Made by a program: the position numbers and the translations under genes. From the IMG/VR virus record IMGVR_UViG_3300009499_000114, positions 14,579-78,578 of that record: 64,000 nt of DNA; one strand, written 5' to 3'. This DNA comes from a virus. Shown here one piece after another: positions 1 through 9,248 of this stretch. Within the stretch, counting starts at the first letter, position 1; the number at the start of each line of letters is the position of its first letter. A model generated the notes under the pieces. The model was not told the origin of the DNA, made no database searches, and was given only the letters and a program-made list of their open reading frames with translations.

Positions 1-410
1 AGCTGGACAAGGCGCGCACAGAGACCATCATGTCGATGTGGCAGCCGCCTAAAGCCGAGGGCGAAGAAATGCCGGTGACGCGCGCCGAACTGCGGCAGAT
101 GCTGGCCGACAACGTAGGTGACTACTTTAAGGAGGACTTCCTGGAGGTGGACGTCACCGAGGAAGTCGAAGCCACCGACACGGAACGTGAAGAAAAGCAG
201 ATGATGCGGGACCGGTTCGGCCCGAGGGTGAGCATGGACCATAAGGGGGTCGTGCGGCCTCTTGACGGGCGGCGAAACGGGCGTCTCGCGGTTGACGAAG
301 TTTTGACCGCTGTTGAGCATAATTACCGGGCTGGTTTGGTAGAGGCCGAGGATTTGGCCGAGTTCGCCATGGGTGAACTGCTGGACCGACGGAGGGCCAA
401 TGGCGGTTAG
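1..410 (+). CDS. C-terminal part of probable portal protein (5' truncated by the window edge)
   Basis: The frame is open from the window start (LDKARTETIMSMW...). It lies directly before the MuF-like head gene, the usual portal position. No diagnostic motif. Confidence 0.45.
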   Translation, partial: LDKARTETIMSMWQPPKAEGEEMPVTRAELRQMLADNVGDYFKEDFLEVDVTEEVEATDTEREEKQMMRDRFGPRVSMDHKGVVRPLDGRRNGRLAVDEVLTAVEHNYRAGLVEAEDLAEFAMGELLDRRRANGG

Positions 411-1827
411 AAAAGCTACCATTGCGGGTTACCGTCAGGCCCTGCGCGGGGCGGTGCGCGGGTTGTGGTCGGGCGTCATAGACAGCAGCCAGTTCGAGGA
501 GATAGTGCGCGATTCGGTTTACCGGGGCTTGAACCAGGCCTGGCTGAAGGGCGCGGCGCAGTGCGGCATTGCCGAGGAGGACTTGACGCTTGACGAGTGG
601 GAGGTGCTGAGCAAGGCACTGGCGGAGGAGATTAGCCACATTCGGAATCTATCCGAGCGAGTCGAGGGTAATAGCAAGGCAAAAGGCGGGAAAGTCACGC
701 CACTGCTGGCTCACTTGTCGCTGTGGGTGAACCGCTACACCGACGTGCAGAACCAGGCCAAGGTGATGGCCTGCAAGGACAAGAAGCTAATTTGGATTTT
801 CAATCCGCAGAAGGAAAATTGTAATACTTGCAAGAAATTACACAACAAGGTCAAGCGGGCGTCGTACTGGAAGCGGATCGGACTCCGCCCGCAGAATCCT
901 CCGAACGACATGCTGGACTGCGGTGGGTGGGAATGTGGTTGTCGTTTAGAGGTGACGGATAAGCCGGTGAGCAAGGGGAAATTGCCGAGTGTGAGAGGAC
1001 CTAAACCTGTTGAACCAACGCGCAAAGTACAGCCACGTAAACCGGGCCAGGCTCCCGAGGGTAGAGATGTAACTTCCGAAAAACTTGACGAATTCTTAAT
1101 GAAGGATCTCGGTCCCGGCTCTTGGGAGGATGTATCGCAGGATACTAGAGCACGAGCCAAGCACGAATTAGTGACAACTTTGGCAGAACGTACTGGCCTT
1201 GACTACGAGGAAGTGAATAAGTTTGTTTACCAATGGTCTAAGTCATCTAATGATGAAGACATGCGTTCTCTCATGATCCAAGTAGCATCATCAGAGGAAT
1301 TTGGAATTCCGCTATCCGATTTCACTAAAGGAAGGATTGCTGAGCTTGAGGAAAAACTCAAGATTTTTGAACAATATCATTTGGATGTGGGCCCTGAATT
1401 ACGTCCCCTGATGGGTATGGATCGCCAGAAGAGACTTCTTCGGGTTATGTACGATAGAACTCAAGAAAAGCTCAAAGAAGCTGGCTTTAAGCCCGACGAT
1501 GTGATAAGGCTTCGAAGAGGAGTTGGGCTGCCAGTAGAGGTGGTGAAGGATTGGAAGCGGGGTGGAATAAAGAATATTGTAGGCAATCCACTGGAAAGTT
1601 GGTCTGTAGGCCAGGAGGCAGCAGAATATTTTGCTCGTGATGCAACTCGCCGTGGTCAAGTGGGAATAGTTTTTGAGATTGATATGCCTATCAGTTCGAT
1701 CATATCGTCGGCACGAACTGGGCTTGGCAGCTTACCCGAAGGTGAATTTGTGGCCGTTGGAAGTATACCTGGTGAAGCAAAAGTGATTAAAGGACTCAAA
1801 CCGGAGAGAGTATGGCAACAAGAATAA
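400..1827 (+). CDS. MuF/SPP1 gp7-like head morphogenesis protein with C-terminal ADP-ribosyltransferase-like domain
   Basis: GGAGGG RBS at 391 before ATG 400. The N-half has CxxC...CxxxxCxC (ENCNTC...CGGWECGC), typical of MuF. The C-terminus has an R-S-E pattern (LRRG...ESWS...EGEF). Confidence 0.7.
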   Translation: MAVRKATIAGYRQALRGAVRGLWSGVIDSSQFEEIVRDSVYRGLNQAWLKGAAQCGIAEEDLTLDEWEVLSKALAEEISHIRNLSERVEGNSKAKGGKVTPLLAHLSLWVNRYTDVQNQAKVMACKDKKLIWIFNPQKENCNTCKKLHNKVKRASYWKRIGLRPQNPPNDMLDCGGWECGCRLEVTDKPVSKGKLPSVRGPKPVEPTRKVQPRKPGQAPEGRDVTSEKLDEFLMKDLGPGSWEDVSQDTRARAKHELVTTLAERTGLDYEEVNKFVYQWSKSSNDEDMRSLMIQVASSEEFGIPLSDFTKGRIAELEEKLKIFEQYHLDVGPELRPLMGMDRQKRLLRVMYDRTQEKLKEAGFKPDDVIRLRRGVGLPVEVVKDWKRGGIKNIVGNPLESWSVGQEAAEYFARDATRRGQVGIVFEIDMPISSIISSARTGLGSLPEGEFVAVGSIPGEAKVIKGLKPERVWQQE

Positions 1828-1949
1828 AGGACCTGATCAATATTGGGGATACTGACGAAAACGCGGACTGGACCAAAACAAAGAAGAATCGCAAAGAAGA
1901 GCGTCAGATATACGAAGAACTAAAACGAAAAAATAAGAAGTCCGACTAA
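1812..1949 (+). CDS. small 45-aa charged protein (candidate immunity partner)
   Basis: GGAGAG RBS; MATRIKDLINIGDTDENADWTK...KKSD*. Overlaps the MuF stop and is below the ORF-track cutoff. Confidence 0.5.
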   Translation: MATRIKDLINIGDTDENADWTKTKKNRKEERQIYEELKRKNKKSD

Positions 1950-1950
1950 T

Positions 1951-2076
1951 ATGAGAACTATCCTGACACGTCTGCTGTCTCAAATGATAGACTGGCTGAC
2001 TTCCCTGCGGGACCGGCTCGCAGGCGAAGTTGAGACGCCCGTAATGCCGCCCGAGCCGGGTGATGGGAGAGGATAA
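1951..2076 (+). CDS. small 41-aa hypothetical protein
   Basis: MRTILTRLLSQMIDWLTSLRDRLAGE... fills the gap tightly between neighbours. Confidence 0.4.
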   Translation: MRTILTRLLSQMIDWLTSLRDRLAGEVETPVMPPEPGDGRG

Positions 2077-2080
2077 GCTA

Positions 2081-2719
2081 ATGCCGTCTACTGGAAAAGT
2101 CACCGCTGAGGAAATGGCCAGTGCTGTCCTCGTCGTTCGCTGGCTTGCAGACAACGACGTGGTGAAGGTAGCACTGACGGGCACCCTGGATAGTGGATCG
2201 CCGCAGGAATTGTTGGTGGACTCCACGGTCGGTGCGCTGTCGGTCATAGACACGATACACCACGAGATTCACGAGGGCGTCGCATTTGAGGCGTCCTATA
2301 AATCGCCGGACGGATCGGAGCTCGCGGACAATGAGACGCTGGAGATACTGTTCGTCATGGGTGCCACCAAAGAGGCCCACGTCACGTTCATCGCAGCGGC
2401 GGTCGGAAACTTCGAGTTGAGACTATCTGAGGTCACGGTGGGCGCGAACGGCACGGCTCTAGAAGTTAACAACTTGAGCGCAGTCATTGATACCGCTGCT
2501 GAAGTGAGGATTTTCCATACTCCGGTTCTTCCGGTCATCGTCCGCACCTACCTCGATGTGTGGATGCCCGGCGGGACCGGCGGGAAAATCCAGGGCGGCA
2601 GCACCCGCGAAGAAGTCGAGCACGTCTTCGCCCCGAATAAGAATTATCTGTTGCGCCTGACGAACCGGTCGGGCGGTGCCCAGCCCGCCAGCGCGCACGT
2701 CCAGTGGTACGAGGTGTGA
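2081..2719 (+). CDS. hypothetical virion-associated beta-rich protein
   Basis: GAGGA RBS before ATG 2081; head-module position; TGATG overlap with the next gene. Confidence 0.5.
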   Translation: MPSTGKVTAEEMASAVLVVRWLADNDVVKVALTGTLDSGSPQELLVDSTVGALSVIDTIHHEIHEGVAFEASYKSPDGSELADNETLEILFVMGATKEAHVTFIAAAVGNFELRLSEVTVGANGTALEVNNLSAVIDTAAEVRIFHTPVLPVIVRTYLDVWMPGGTGGKIQGGSTREEVEHVFAPNKNYLLRLTNRSGGAQPASAHVQWYEV

Positions 2720-5700
2720 TGGAAACAGATCAGAAAGTTACTTTTGAGGAAATGGATGCAGGTCTCATCGGGCGGAAGCCCGACGATTCCTTGCTCGATA
2801 CACATCGACACACGCACGGCCTCGCCAAGTTGGGCGATGTTGATTGTACTGAACTGAAGCGTGTCCACAGTCTGGTCGTGGCAGAGATGAAGCGGCGCGA
2901 GATGAATCACGATTCGCCATTGGAATGCACTGGGGCGAAAGCTGGCCTGTGCCTCCAGCCGCCGCACGGCTTTCTGCTCTGGCGCGGCAAGAAAACGGCC
3001 ATCGCCGAACCGCCGAATTTCGTAGAACAATACGGTGACAAGGCAATTGACATGCCGCTGGTCGTCGTCTCGGGCGATGAAGCCTACGGCGTCGTGATAT
3101 TAGGTAAGCCAGCATCTATGACGGTGGAAGAATTCGACCGGCGCGAGTGGACCGAACAGCACCGGGTCAGACCGGAGGAACGCAAGGAATGGTGGCTCGG
3201 CGCAGAAATGCTGCACGTCTACCCGATCAAGGATTGGAAACCTTACCCTGAATCGCGTCCTATTGTCGTCCCACAGGATGCTCAGGGCTATGTGCATGCC
3301 GTTGAATTCAAGGCGTACCGCCCGCCTACCGAACAGGAACAGGTACTCATCACGAAGGGAAAGCGACTCCCTAAGACCATTGTGCTGACGCCGAACGCCG
3401 TGTCGTTGACCGGCTCGCAAATCTACGGGCAGCAAGCGGCGCAGGATACTGACCTAGTCGTCGTCGGCGCGGATTGGCGTGAGGACGAGGAACAATTTGT
3501 GGTACCCTTGACGCCTACCTTCAAGGAGAAGGTGGAGCGGGTATTGAAAGCCGTGTTTGGGATTGATAACGAAGTCCAGTACATTGCCGAAGGCGCGGGC
3601 GCGACGTTCGACTATCTACCGCTCTACGACCTGGCGCTGGTGCGCCGGCCCCGGCTGGAGGTGGAGCACGTCAGCGAGGCAGAGCCAGACTTCGCCGCGC
3701 TGTGCTACGATAAGAAGGCGACGACGGAGGGGACGAGCGGCGGGAATGTGCAAGTCAAACAAGAGTCGGAAGACGACCCGGCAGCCGCGCCCTCCGCGTC
3801 CAAGGCCGCGTCGCTATTAGATTACCCTGACGAGGGCAAGGGTTCACGCTTCGTCTTCCAACATCACTACCGAGGAAAAAGTGTCCATGGTGACTTTCGG
3901 GTCGAGACCGGGGATTACCTGGTAGGCTGGACGGTAGCCGACCAAATCACAGGCGCAATCAAAGAGTCCGTCACGACGATGGCCGACGCGAAACGCGAGA
4001 ACGCCGACGCTGGTAACTGGAAGATGGACCTGAAGACGGGCCTCATCAAGCCACGCAAGATCAGGGGAGGAACCGTTAGGCGGGGCGAGTTACGCGCCTT
4101 CCCCAAGGCAACCGAAATTCCCGAGGCTTGGCTGGACGTGGAGGGCGTGACGGAGAAGCCCGAGCCCGGCGAAGTAACGCCGGTAGGGGCGACTACTGAA
4201 TTCCCTGGCGTGTTCACCATCATCGAAAAGGGGACGGTGGAGCACGGGGCCAAGAAAGCTACATTCCAAGAATACTTCGTCCACGGCAAGAAGTGGGCCG
4301 ACCAGCGCTGGATGTTCAGGACACTGGAACGCAAAGAAGATGAAAAGGGCGTCTCGTTCATCGATGTTGAGACAGGAGAAGTCCTGGACGGGTGGGAGGA
4401 ATTATTTGAGTCCCTTGAAAAGGCCGCGGTTCTCCCGCCGGGTCAAGAGGAAGAGGAACCGCGGACTAAGACTTTCTGGGTGCTGATGCAGCCCGAGGAC
4501 CAGACGCCTTACGTGCTGGGGAGGGAAGCCGTCAAGAAAGGTTGGCTCCCGCCCAAGAGCGTGTCGGCACTGCCCAAGTCCATCCGCAAACATGTGCCGG
4601 AGAATCTCCAGTACTGGAAATCCAGCGGTAAGGCAGCGCTGGCGAAGCGCAGGGAACTGTCCGAGCTAGACATCCGAGAACTGGGTGGGCCGGAACTGAA
4701 GGAGGATGAATCCATGTACACGTATTCCTGCAAGACGTGTGAGAAAGAATTTGAGAGCAAAGTCGCCTTGGAGCAACCGGTTTGTTTGGATTGCGGGAAT
4801 GTTCCGGACGAGAAAGCTGGCCGGCGCCTGCGTGGTGACAAGCTGGGCCTGCTGACCGAAATTAGGGATGGCTTTGACAGCTTGATGGAACGCTTGAAGG
4901 AACTCATCTCTTGGGGCGGTTACGACGACGAGCAACCGAGCACGCTGGCTGACCTGTTCAAGGGTGATACGGGCTTCGCCGTCAAGGAAGTGGAGGGTGT
5001 AAGTTGGTTCTTCACCTGGACAACGAATGCTTTTGAGGATCGACAGAAGGAAATCTTTTCTACGCAAGCACTTGAGCACTACGTATCTGAGAATAATGAG
5101 AAGGAAGATAAAGGTACTTTCAACCTATGGCATATCAATGACGGTGCTGGTACCAATTTTGCCCGTAAGGAATGGCAAGCCGTAATAGGCCGGTTCCTGG
5201 TCGAGGCCGGGCCATTCTTGGACAATCACCAAGGACACAGTGCCACGAAATTCTTTACGCAAAATCCAGAAGCACACTCGGCCCTGGCCCCCGAGGGTTG
5301 GGGATGCTCGCCGGAGTACAAATATCTGCCAGAGGAGCGCGAGACGGGAATTTACGATTGGATCTGGATCGTTCGTACATCTATCCTGCCCAGAGCGGCA
5401 GCAGCGAACATCTGGACGAAAGCCACGGAGGTAACGACCATGGCTATGACGGATCAACAGAAAGAAATGGCCGACGCCATCTTCGGCAAGGACTGGGTAC
5501 AGACGAACCTGATCCAGGAAGGAGACCGTCGGACTAAGGAACTCGAAGAGGCGGATATCGCTCACAAGGGCGAGACGCCTGAACCGGAAGTCAAACCGGC
5601 CGCTGAACCCGAGACGGACGAGAAGCGCCTGGACGCCAAGTTCGGGAACGCGCTCAAGGAAATCGCGGCCGAAGTGGACGACGATGCTACCAAGAAAGCG

Positions 5701-6216
5701 ATTCTCGCGGTCGCCAGCGAACTTACTGAGGATAATGCCGAGGACCAGGCTAAGACGCTGAAGATGCTGGCCGGAAAGCTCAAAGGTGCTCTCAAGACGC
5801 GCCTGTCGAAGATTGCGACTGCGCTGGCTGCTGGGGAAGGCTACCCTGCACCGGGCGAAGAAATCTCGGAATCAGAGGAGAAAGAACAGCCGACTCGGGT
5901 CGAGATAGACATCGAAGCCCTGGCCGAGAAAGTCGCTAAATCCTTTGGGGCCAACCTGGCCCCTATGGCCGAGGCGGTAGCCTCGCTGGCGGTGGACGTG
6001 AAGGCCATCGACGAGCGGACCGCGCGGCTTGAGAAGGAAACGGACATCAAAGCGCAAACCGAGAAACCCCGCTTTGTCCTAGAACTGACGAAGCGTGCTT
6101 CTGAGGCGGAAGAGACTGCCCTGAAGGAAGGTGATGATTTACTAGAGAAGAAGCCGAAAGAAACCTCCCCCCGGAAGGAAGGCGCAAGTTCCATCGACGC
6201 CTACTTCCCACGCTAA
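2719..6216 (+). CDS. polyvalent prohead protease/scaffold (ASCH-like + nucleotidyltransferase-like + LigD phosphoesterase-like + Zn ribbon + protease + scaffold)
   Basis: Motifs in order: LCLQPPHGFLLWRGKKT, LTGS..DTDLVV, FVFQHH..HGDFR, CKTC/CLDC, TNAFEDRQKE..LWH..GCS..SILP..AAN, then an acidic coiled-coil tail. Directly precedes the capsid gene. Confidence 0.7.
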   Translation: METDQKVTFEEMDAGLIGRKPDDSLLDTHRHTHGLAKLGDVDCTELKRVHSLVVAEMKRREMNHDSPLECTGAKAGLCLQPPHGFLLWRGKKTAIAEPPNFVEQYGDKAIDMPLVVVSGDEAYGVVILGKPASMTVEEFDRREWTEQHRVRPEERKEWWLGAEMLHVYPIKDWKPYPESRPIVVPQDAQGYVHAVEFKAYRPPTEQEQVLITKGKRLPKTIVLTPNAVSLTGSQIYGQQAAQDTDLVVVGADWREDEEQFVVPLTPTFKEKVERVLKAVFGIDNEVQYIAEGAGATFDYLPLYDLALVRRPRLEVEHVSEAEPDFAALCYDKKATTEGTSGGNVQVKQESEDDPAAAPSASKAASLLDYPDEGKGSRFVFQHHYRGKSVHGDFRVETGDYLVGWTVADQITGAIKESVTTMADAKRENADAGNWKMDLKTGLIKPRKIRGGTVRRGELRAFPKATEIPEAWLDVEGVTEKPEPGEVTPVGATTEFPGVFTIIEKGTVEHGAKKATFQEYFVHGKKWADQRWMFRTLERKEDEKGVSFIDVETGEVLDGWEELFESLEKAAVLPPGQEEEEPRTKTFWVLMQPEDQTPYVLGREAVKKGWLPPKSVSALPKSIRKHVPENLQYWKSSGKAALAKRRELSELDIRELGGPELKEDESMYTYSCKTCEKEFESKVALEQPVCLDCGNVPDEKAGRRLRGDKLGLLTEIRDGFDSLMERLKELISWGGYDDEQPSTLADLFKGDTGFAVKEVEGVSWFFTWTTNAFEDRQKEIFSTQALEHYVSENNEKEDKGTFNLWHINDGAGTNFARKEWQAVIGRFLVEAGPFLDNHQGHSATKFFTQNPEAHSALAPEGWGCSPEYKYLPEERETGIYDWIWIVRTSILPRAAAANIWTKATEVTTMAMTDQQKEMADAIFGKDWVQTNLIQEGDRRTKELEEADIAHKGETPEPEVKPAAEPETDEKRLDAKFGNALKEIAAEVDDDATKKAILAVASELTEDNAEDQAKTLKMLAGKLKGALKTRLSKIATALAAGEGYPAPGEEISESEEKEQPTRVEIDIEALAEKVAKSFGANLAPMAEAVASLAVDVKAIDERTARLEKETDIKAQTEKPRFVLELTKRASEAEETALKEGDDLLEKKPKETSPRKEGASSIDAYFPR

Positions 6217-6228
6217 CGGAGGATTGTC

Positions 6229-7671
6229 ATGGATGAAAATACCACGCTTCAAGCGCTGGCGAGAGCGCTGAGCCCTCACCTTGAAAGCGTGAAGGGACTG
6301 GGCGTGCCTGGCTATAGTAGCAAGGCCGTCGGCACGCCCAGCAATACGGCGTACCTGTACGAGGGCGGAGGACTCTTCGGCAGATGCGACGGACCATCGA
6401 CGCTGATGAACGCCATGGTTGGGCCGATAGGGTTCGAGAGTGCCCTGACCTGGGTGGGCACCGATACCGAGAAAGAATTCGTGGACGCGCTAAAGGCCAT
6501 CGAAGAGGAGGATGGTCACGAACAGCAGACGGCCTGCGGGGACTGCAAGAAGATTTCCTTGAAAGCCTGCGCTCAGTTCTACTGTTTCGGGCGCTTCTGC
6601 CGTCAGACGGACGAGCTACAGTTTGACCGGCTGGGACTCAAGTACCACTCCAATACGCCTACCAAGGCCATCTTCGGGGACATCACCGATGCGCAGGGCA
6701 ACGTGCTGGTGGCCAGTGGCAGTCAGATCACCGACGCTTTCATGCTCCAGACGCGGGCGGTGGCCTACGCGCTGCGGTTGCGAAACTCGACGCTACTGTG
6801 GACCGGCAACCCGGCCAACAACATCGGGACCTCCTACATGGAGCACATGGGCTTCGCGCTCATCGTGAACACCGGGAAGTACGACGCCTACACGCAGCTT
6901 GACTGCGACAGCATCGACAGCTTCCTGATGGACTTCGGCAACAACAACCCAGCCTCGACCGGGGCTTGGGCCATCCCGAACTGGTTCCGCCGGATGGTGA
7001 ACCAGTTCCAGCGCAGGGCTGGCGGTGCCGGCCTGCCGTGGGAGACGGCGACGATGTACATCGTGATGTCGCCCAATACCTGGGACTGCGTCGCGCGGAC
7101 CTACGCCTGCACCGGCCTCGACCTGTGCACGGTGGCGGCCAACCGCCAGCTCCAGCAGTCGGCGGACCAGGCGCGCGAGCGGTACGAGGAGTACCAGTCG
7201 CGCATGGCATTGCCGATCAACGGGCGCTGGTACCCGGTAGTACTGGACAGCCAGATCCCGGAGACGACGGGACAGCCGAACGGCATCTGCTCCGACATCT
7301 ATTTCATCACGACCGAGATCAACGGTGAGACGATCACGTACGGGGAGTACCAGGACTTCAATCGAACGTACGGTCGTATCCGCGACGAACTCGCCGGCCT
7401 GTTCGGCTCCGACGACATCGCCATCACCGACAACGGGCGCTACGCCCTGATCCGCGACAACGAGCGGGGCTGCTTCGACATCCAGGCCTACGTCAAGCCG
7501 CGCATCGTCGCCGTCGCACCCTGGCTGCTGGGACGCATCCAGAACGTGTGCTGCGATGTCCTGCAAGAGCCGTTCCCGGACGTGACGGGTAGTGGCAGAG
7601 TCTACGAAAAAGATGGCGGACGTAGTATCACGCAAGTTCCCACGCTTTATGGCGAGTGCCTTGACTGCTGA
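6229..7671 (+). CDS. major capsid protein (Cys-rich)
   Basis: GGAGG RBS; 480 aa; strong GC3 codon bias; position after protease/scaffold. Confidence 0.75.
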   Translation: MDENTTLQALARALSPHLESVKGLGVPGYSSKAVGTPSNTAYLYEGGGLFGRCDGPSTLMNAMVGPIGFESALTWVGTDTEKEFVDALKAIEEEDGHEQQTACGDCKKISLKACAQFYCFGRFCRQTDELQFDRLGLKYHSNTPTKAIFGDITDAQGNVLVASGSQITDAFMLQTRAVAYALRLRNSTLLWTGNPANNIGTSYMEHMGFALIVNTGKYDAYTQLDCDSIDSFLMDFGNNNPASTGAWAIPNWFRRMVNQFQRRAGGAGLPWETATMYIVMSPNTWDCVARTYACTGLDLCTVAANRQLQQSADQARERYEEYQSRMALPINGRWYPVVLDSQIPETTGQPNGICSDIYFITTEINGETITYGEYQDFNRTYGRIRDELAGLFGSDDIAITDNGRYALIRDNERGCFDIQAYVKPRIVAVAPWLLGRIQNVCCDVLQEPFPDVTGSGRVYEKDGGRSITQVPTLYGECLDC

Positions 7672-7709
7672 GTAACCACTAAGCCTAGACTGTAGATACA
7701 ATGTCAGGT

Positions 7710-7738
7710 TTGCGGTTTTGCTCTACCTGTGATATAAT
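7710..7738 (+). promoter_or_regulatory. sigma70-type promoter for the GIY-YIG gene
   Basis: TTGCGG-17bp-TATAAT with extended -10 TG. Followed by a hairpin (7738-7776) and an AGGAGG RBS. Confidence 0.7.
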
Positions 7739-7794
7739 GTGTAAGGGGATGACCGTGAGGGTTACCCCCTTACACAGCACAGGAGGGAGCAACG

Positions 7795-8781
7795 ATGAAT
7801 GGGGTAGCTTACATCTATGGTTTGTATGACCCTAGAAATGGAGAGCTGCGGTATGTCGGTAAGACAATAGATCTCAAACTTCGTCTTTGGGTACATATGT
7901 CAAAGGCGAAAAGCAATGAACCTGATTTAAAATCTAAATGGATTCGTAAGCTTTTGGCCGAAAACTTAGAGCCAGAAATTAGGATACTAGAAACATCAAA
8001 TGATAGTAATTGGCCAGAAGCGGAAAGAAGGTGGATAGCACAGTGTCTTGCGGATGATGCATCACTATTCAATGTATCAGAAGGTGGTGACAATCCACCG
8101 GATCATTCGGGCGAGAAGCAATCTATTGATCATGTTCAGAAACGTGTTGAGGCCAGACGAAAAAACGGATCTTACTCTCATTCTGCTGAAACGAAACAGA
8201 AGATAAGCGAATCCAAGAGAGGCAGAAATACTGGAAAAGGCAATTCTTTCTTTGGAAGGAAACATTCCGAAGCTTCCAAACAAAAGATGAGCGAATCTAA
8301 AAAAGGACGAGAGGCCTGGAATAAGGGTATCCCTTGCTCAGATGAGGCCAAGAGAAAGATTAGCGGAGCCAAAAAAGGTACTCATCTTTCAGAGGAAACG
8401 AGACGGAAGATGAGCGCGATTCGACGAGGGCGCAAGCTGTCGCCAGAACATGCTGAGAATATCAGGCAGGCTAACATTGGTAAAAAACTTTCCAATGCTA
8501 CCAAGCAAAAGCTACGGGTAGCAAACCTTGGCAAGAAACATACCGAAGAAACCAAGTCAAAATTGAGAGAGATATTCACGGGTAGGGAAGTTTCCGAAGA
8601 GACTAGGCAGAGATTGAGCGAAGCAAACTCAGGGAAACAACGGACGGCAGGACAAAAGCAGCATCAAAGTGAAGCCTTGAAAGCAAGGTGGCAAGACCCT
8701 GAATATCGAGAGAAGATGCTGAACGCTCAAAGAAAACGTCGGGCTAGGGAACGACAGGAAAAAGAGATTAGCGATGTTTGA
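7795..8781 (+). CDS. GIY-YIG homing endonuclease with NUMOD3 repeats
   Basis: YIYGLYDPR..RYVGKT..RL..H plus many H/LSEETKxKxS repeats; AT-richer than flanks. Confidence 0.9.
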   Translation: MNGVAYIYGLYDPRNGELRYVGKTIDLKLRLWVHMSKAKSNEPDLKSKWIRKLLAENLEPEIRILETSNDSNWPEAERRWIAQCLADDASLFNVSEGGDNPPDHSGEKQSIDHVQKRVEARRKNGSYSHSAETKQKISESKRGRNTGKGNSFFGRKHSEASKQKMSESKKGREAWNKGIPCSDEAKRKISGAKKGTHLSEETRRKMSAIRRGRKLSPEHAENIRQANIGKKLSNATKQKLRVANLGKKHTEETKSKLREIFTGREVSEETRQRLSEANSGKQRTAGQKQHQSEALKARWQDPEYREKMLNAQRKRRARERQEKEISDV

Positions 8782-8783
8782 GT

Positions 8784-8813
8784 TTGACACCATACCGTAT
8801 GCTGTGGTATACT
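8784..8813 (+). promoter_or_regulatory. sigma70 promoter with internal palindromic operator
   Basis: TTGACA-18bp-TATACT with extended -10 TG; palindrome CATAC-C-GTATG at 8791-8801. Confidence 0.75.
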
Positions 8814-8817
8814 TGAC

Positions 8818-8958
8818 ATGAAGAAGAAGACGAGCGTCACATTGTCCGAAGAAGCGCTGAAGTTGCTAGCTGAGCTGGCTGAGCGGTATGCCGTCAGCCG
8901 GTCCGCGATGCTTGAAGTCATCATAAGGGATAGGGCCAAAGACGAGGGAACTAAGTAA
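8818..8958 (+). CDS. ribbon-helix-helix (CopG/Arc-like) DNA-binding protein, probably leaderless
   Basis: MKKKTSVTLSEEALKLLAELAERYAVSRSAMLEVIIR is a classic RHH pattern. The ATG is 4 nt after the -10 box. Not in the ORF track. Confidence 0.8.
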   Translation: MKKKTSVTLSEEALKLLAELAERYAVSRSAMLEVIIRDRAKDEGTK

Positions 8959-9179
8959 TGCCTGTCTCTTACTCAGACGTGGGGCACATGACAGATATAA
9001 TGACACGACCTGATTTCCGCGTTAAGGTTTGGGAGCATGGAAAAGAGACGAGACGAAAACTAATCAAGGAGCGCTGGCAGATTTTAGCCCTGATGGGAGT
9101 ACCCGAAGACATCACGAGACGCGCCTGCCATGATCATGATTCGTTCTCCATTATGAGGATGCTCTATTTTCGTAAATAA
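8958..9179 (+). CDS. hypothetical protein
   Basis: TAATG coupling to the RHH gene; 73 aa. Confidence 0.55.
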   Translation: MPVSYSDVGHMTDIMTRPDFRVKVWEHGKETRRKLIKERWQILALMGVPEDITRRACHDHDSFSIMRMLYFRK

Positions 9180-9248
9180 AAATATAACTTAATACTTTCT
9201 GTCTCGTATCGCGTTAAGCCCCGCGAGGCGGTCGTCCCTCCCAGAAAG

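Noticed and set aside
6793-7701. Long antisense ORFs (also 10549-11331, 30574-31935, 37508-38536, 43493-44329)
   Set aside because: These are shadow frames of GC3-rich sense genes, with no RBS or motifs.
8150-8700. Repeats suggesting a CRISPR array or DGR template
   Set aside because: They are degenerate NUMOD3 protein repeats. No identical spaced DNA repeats, cas genes or reverse transcriptase were seen in the window.
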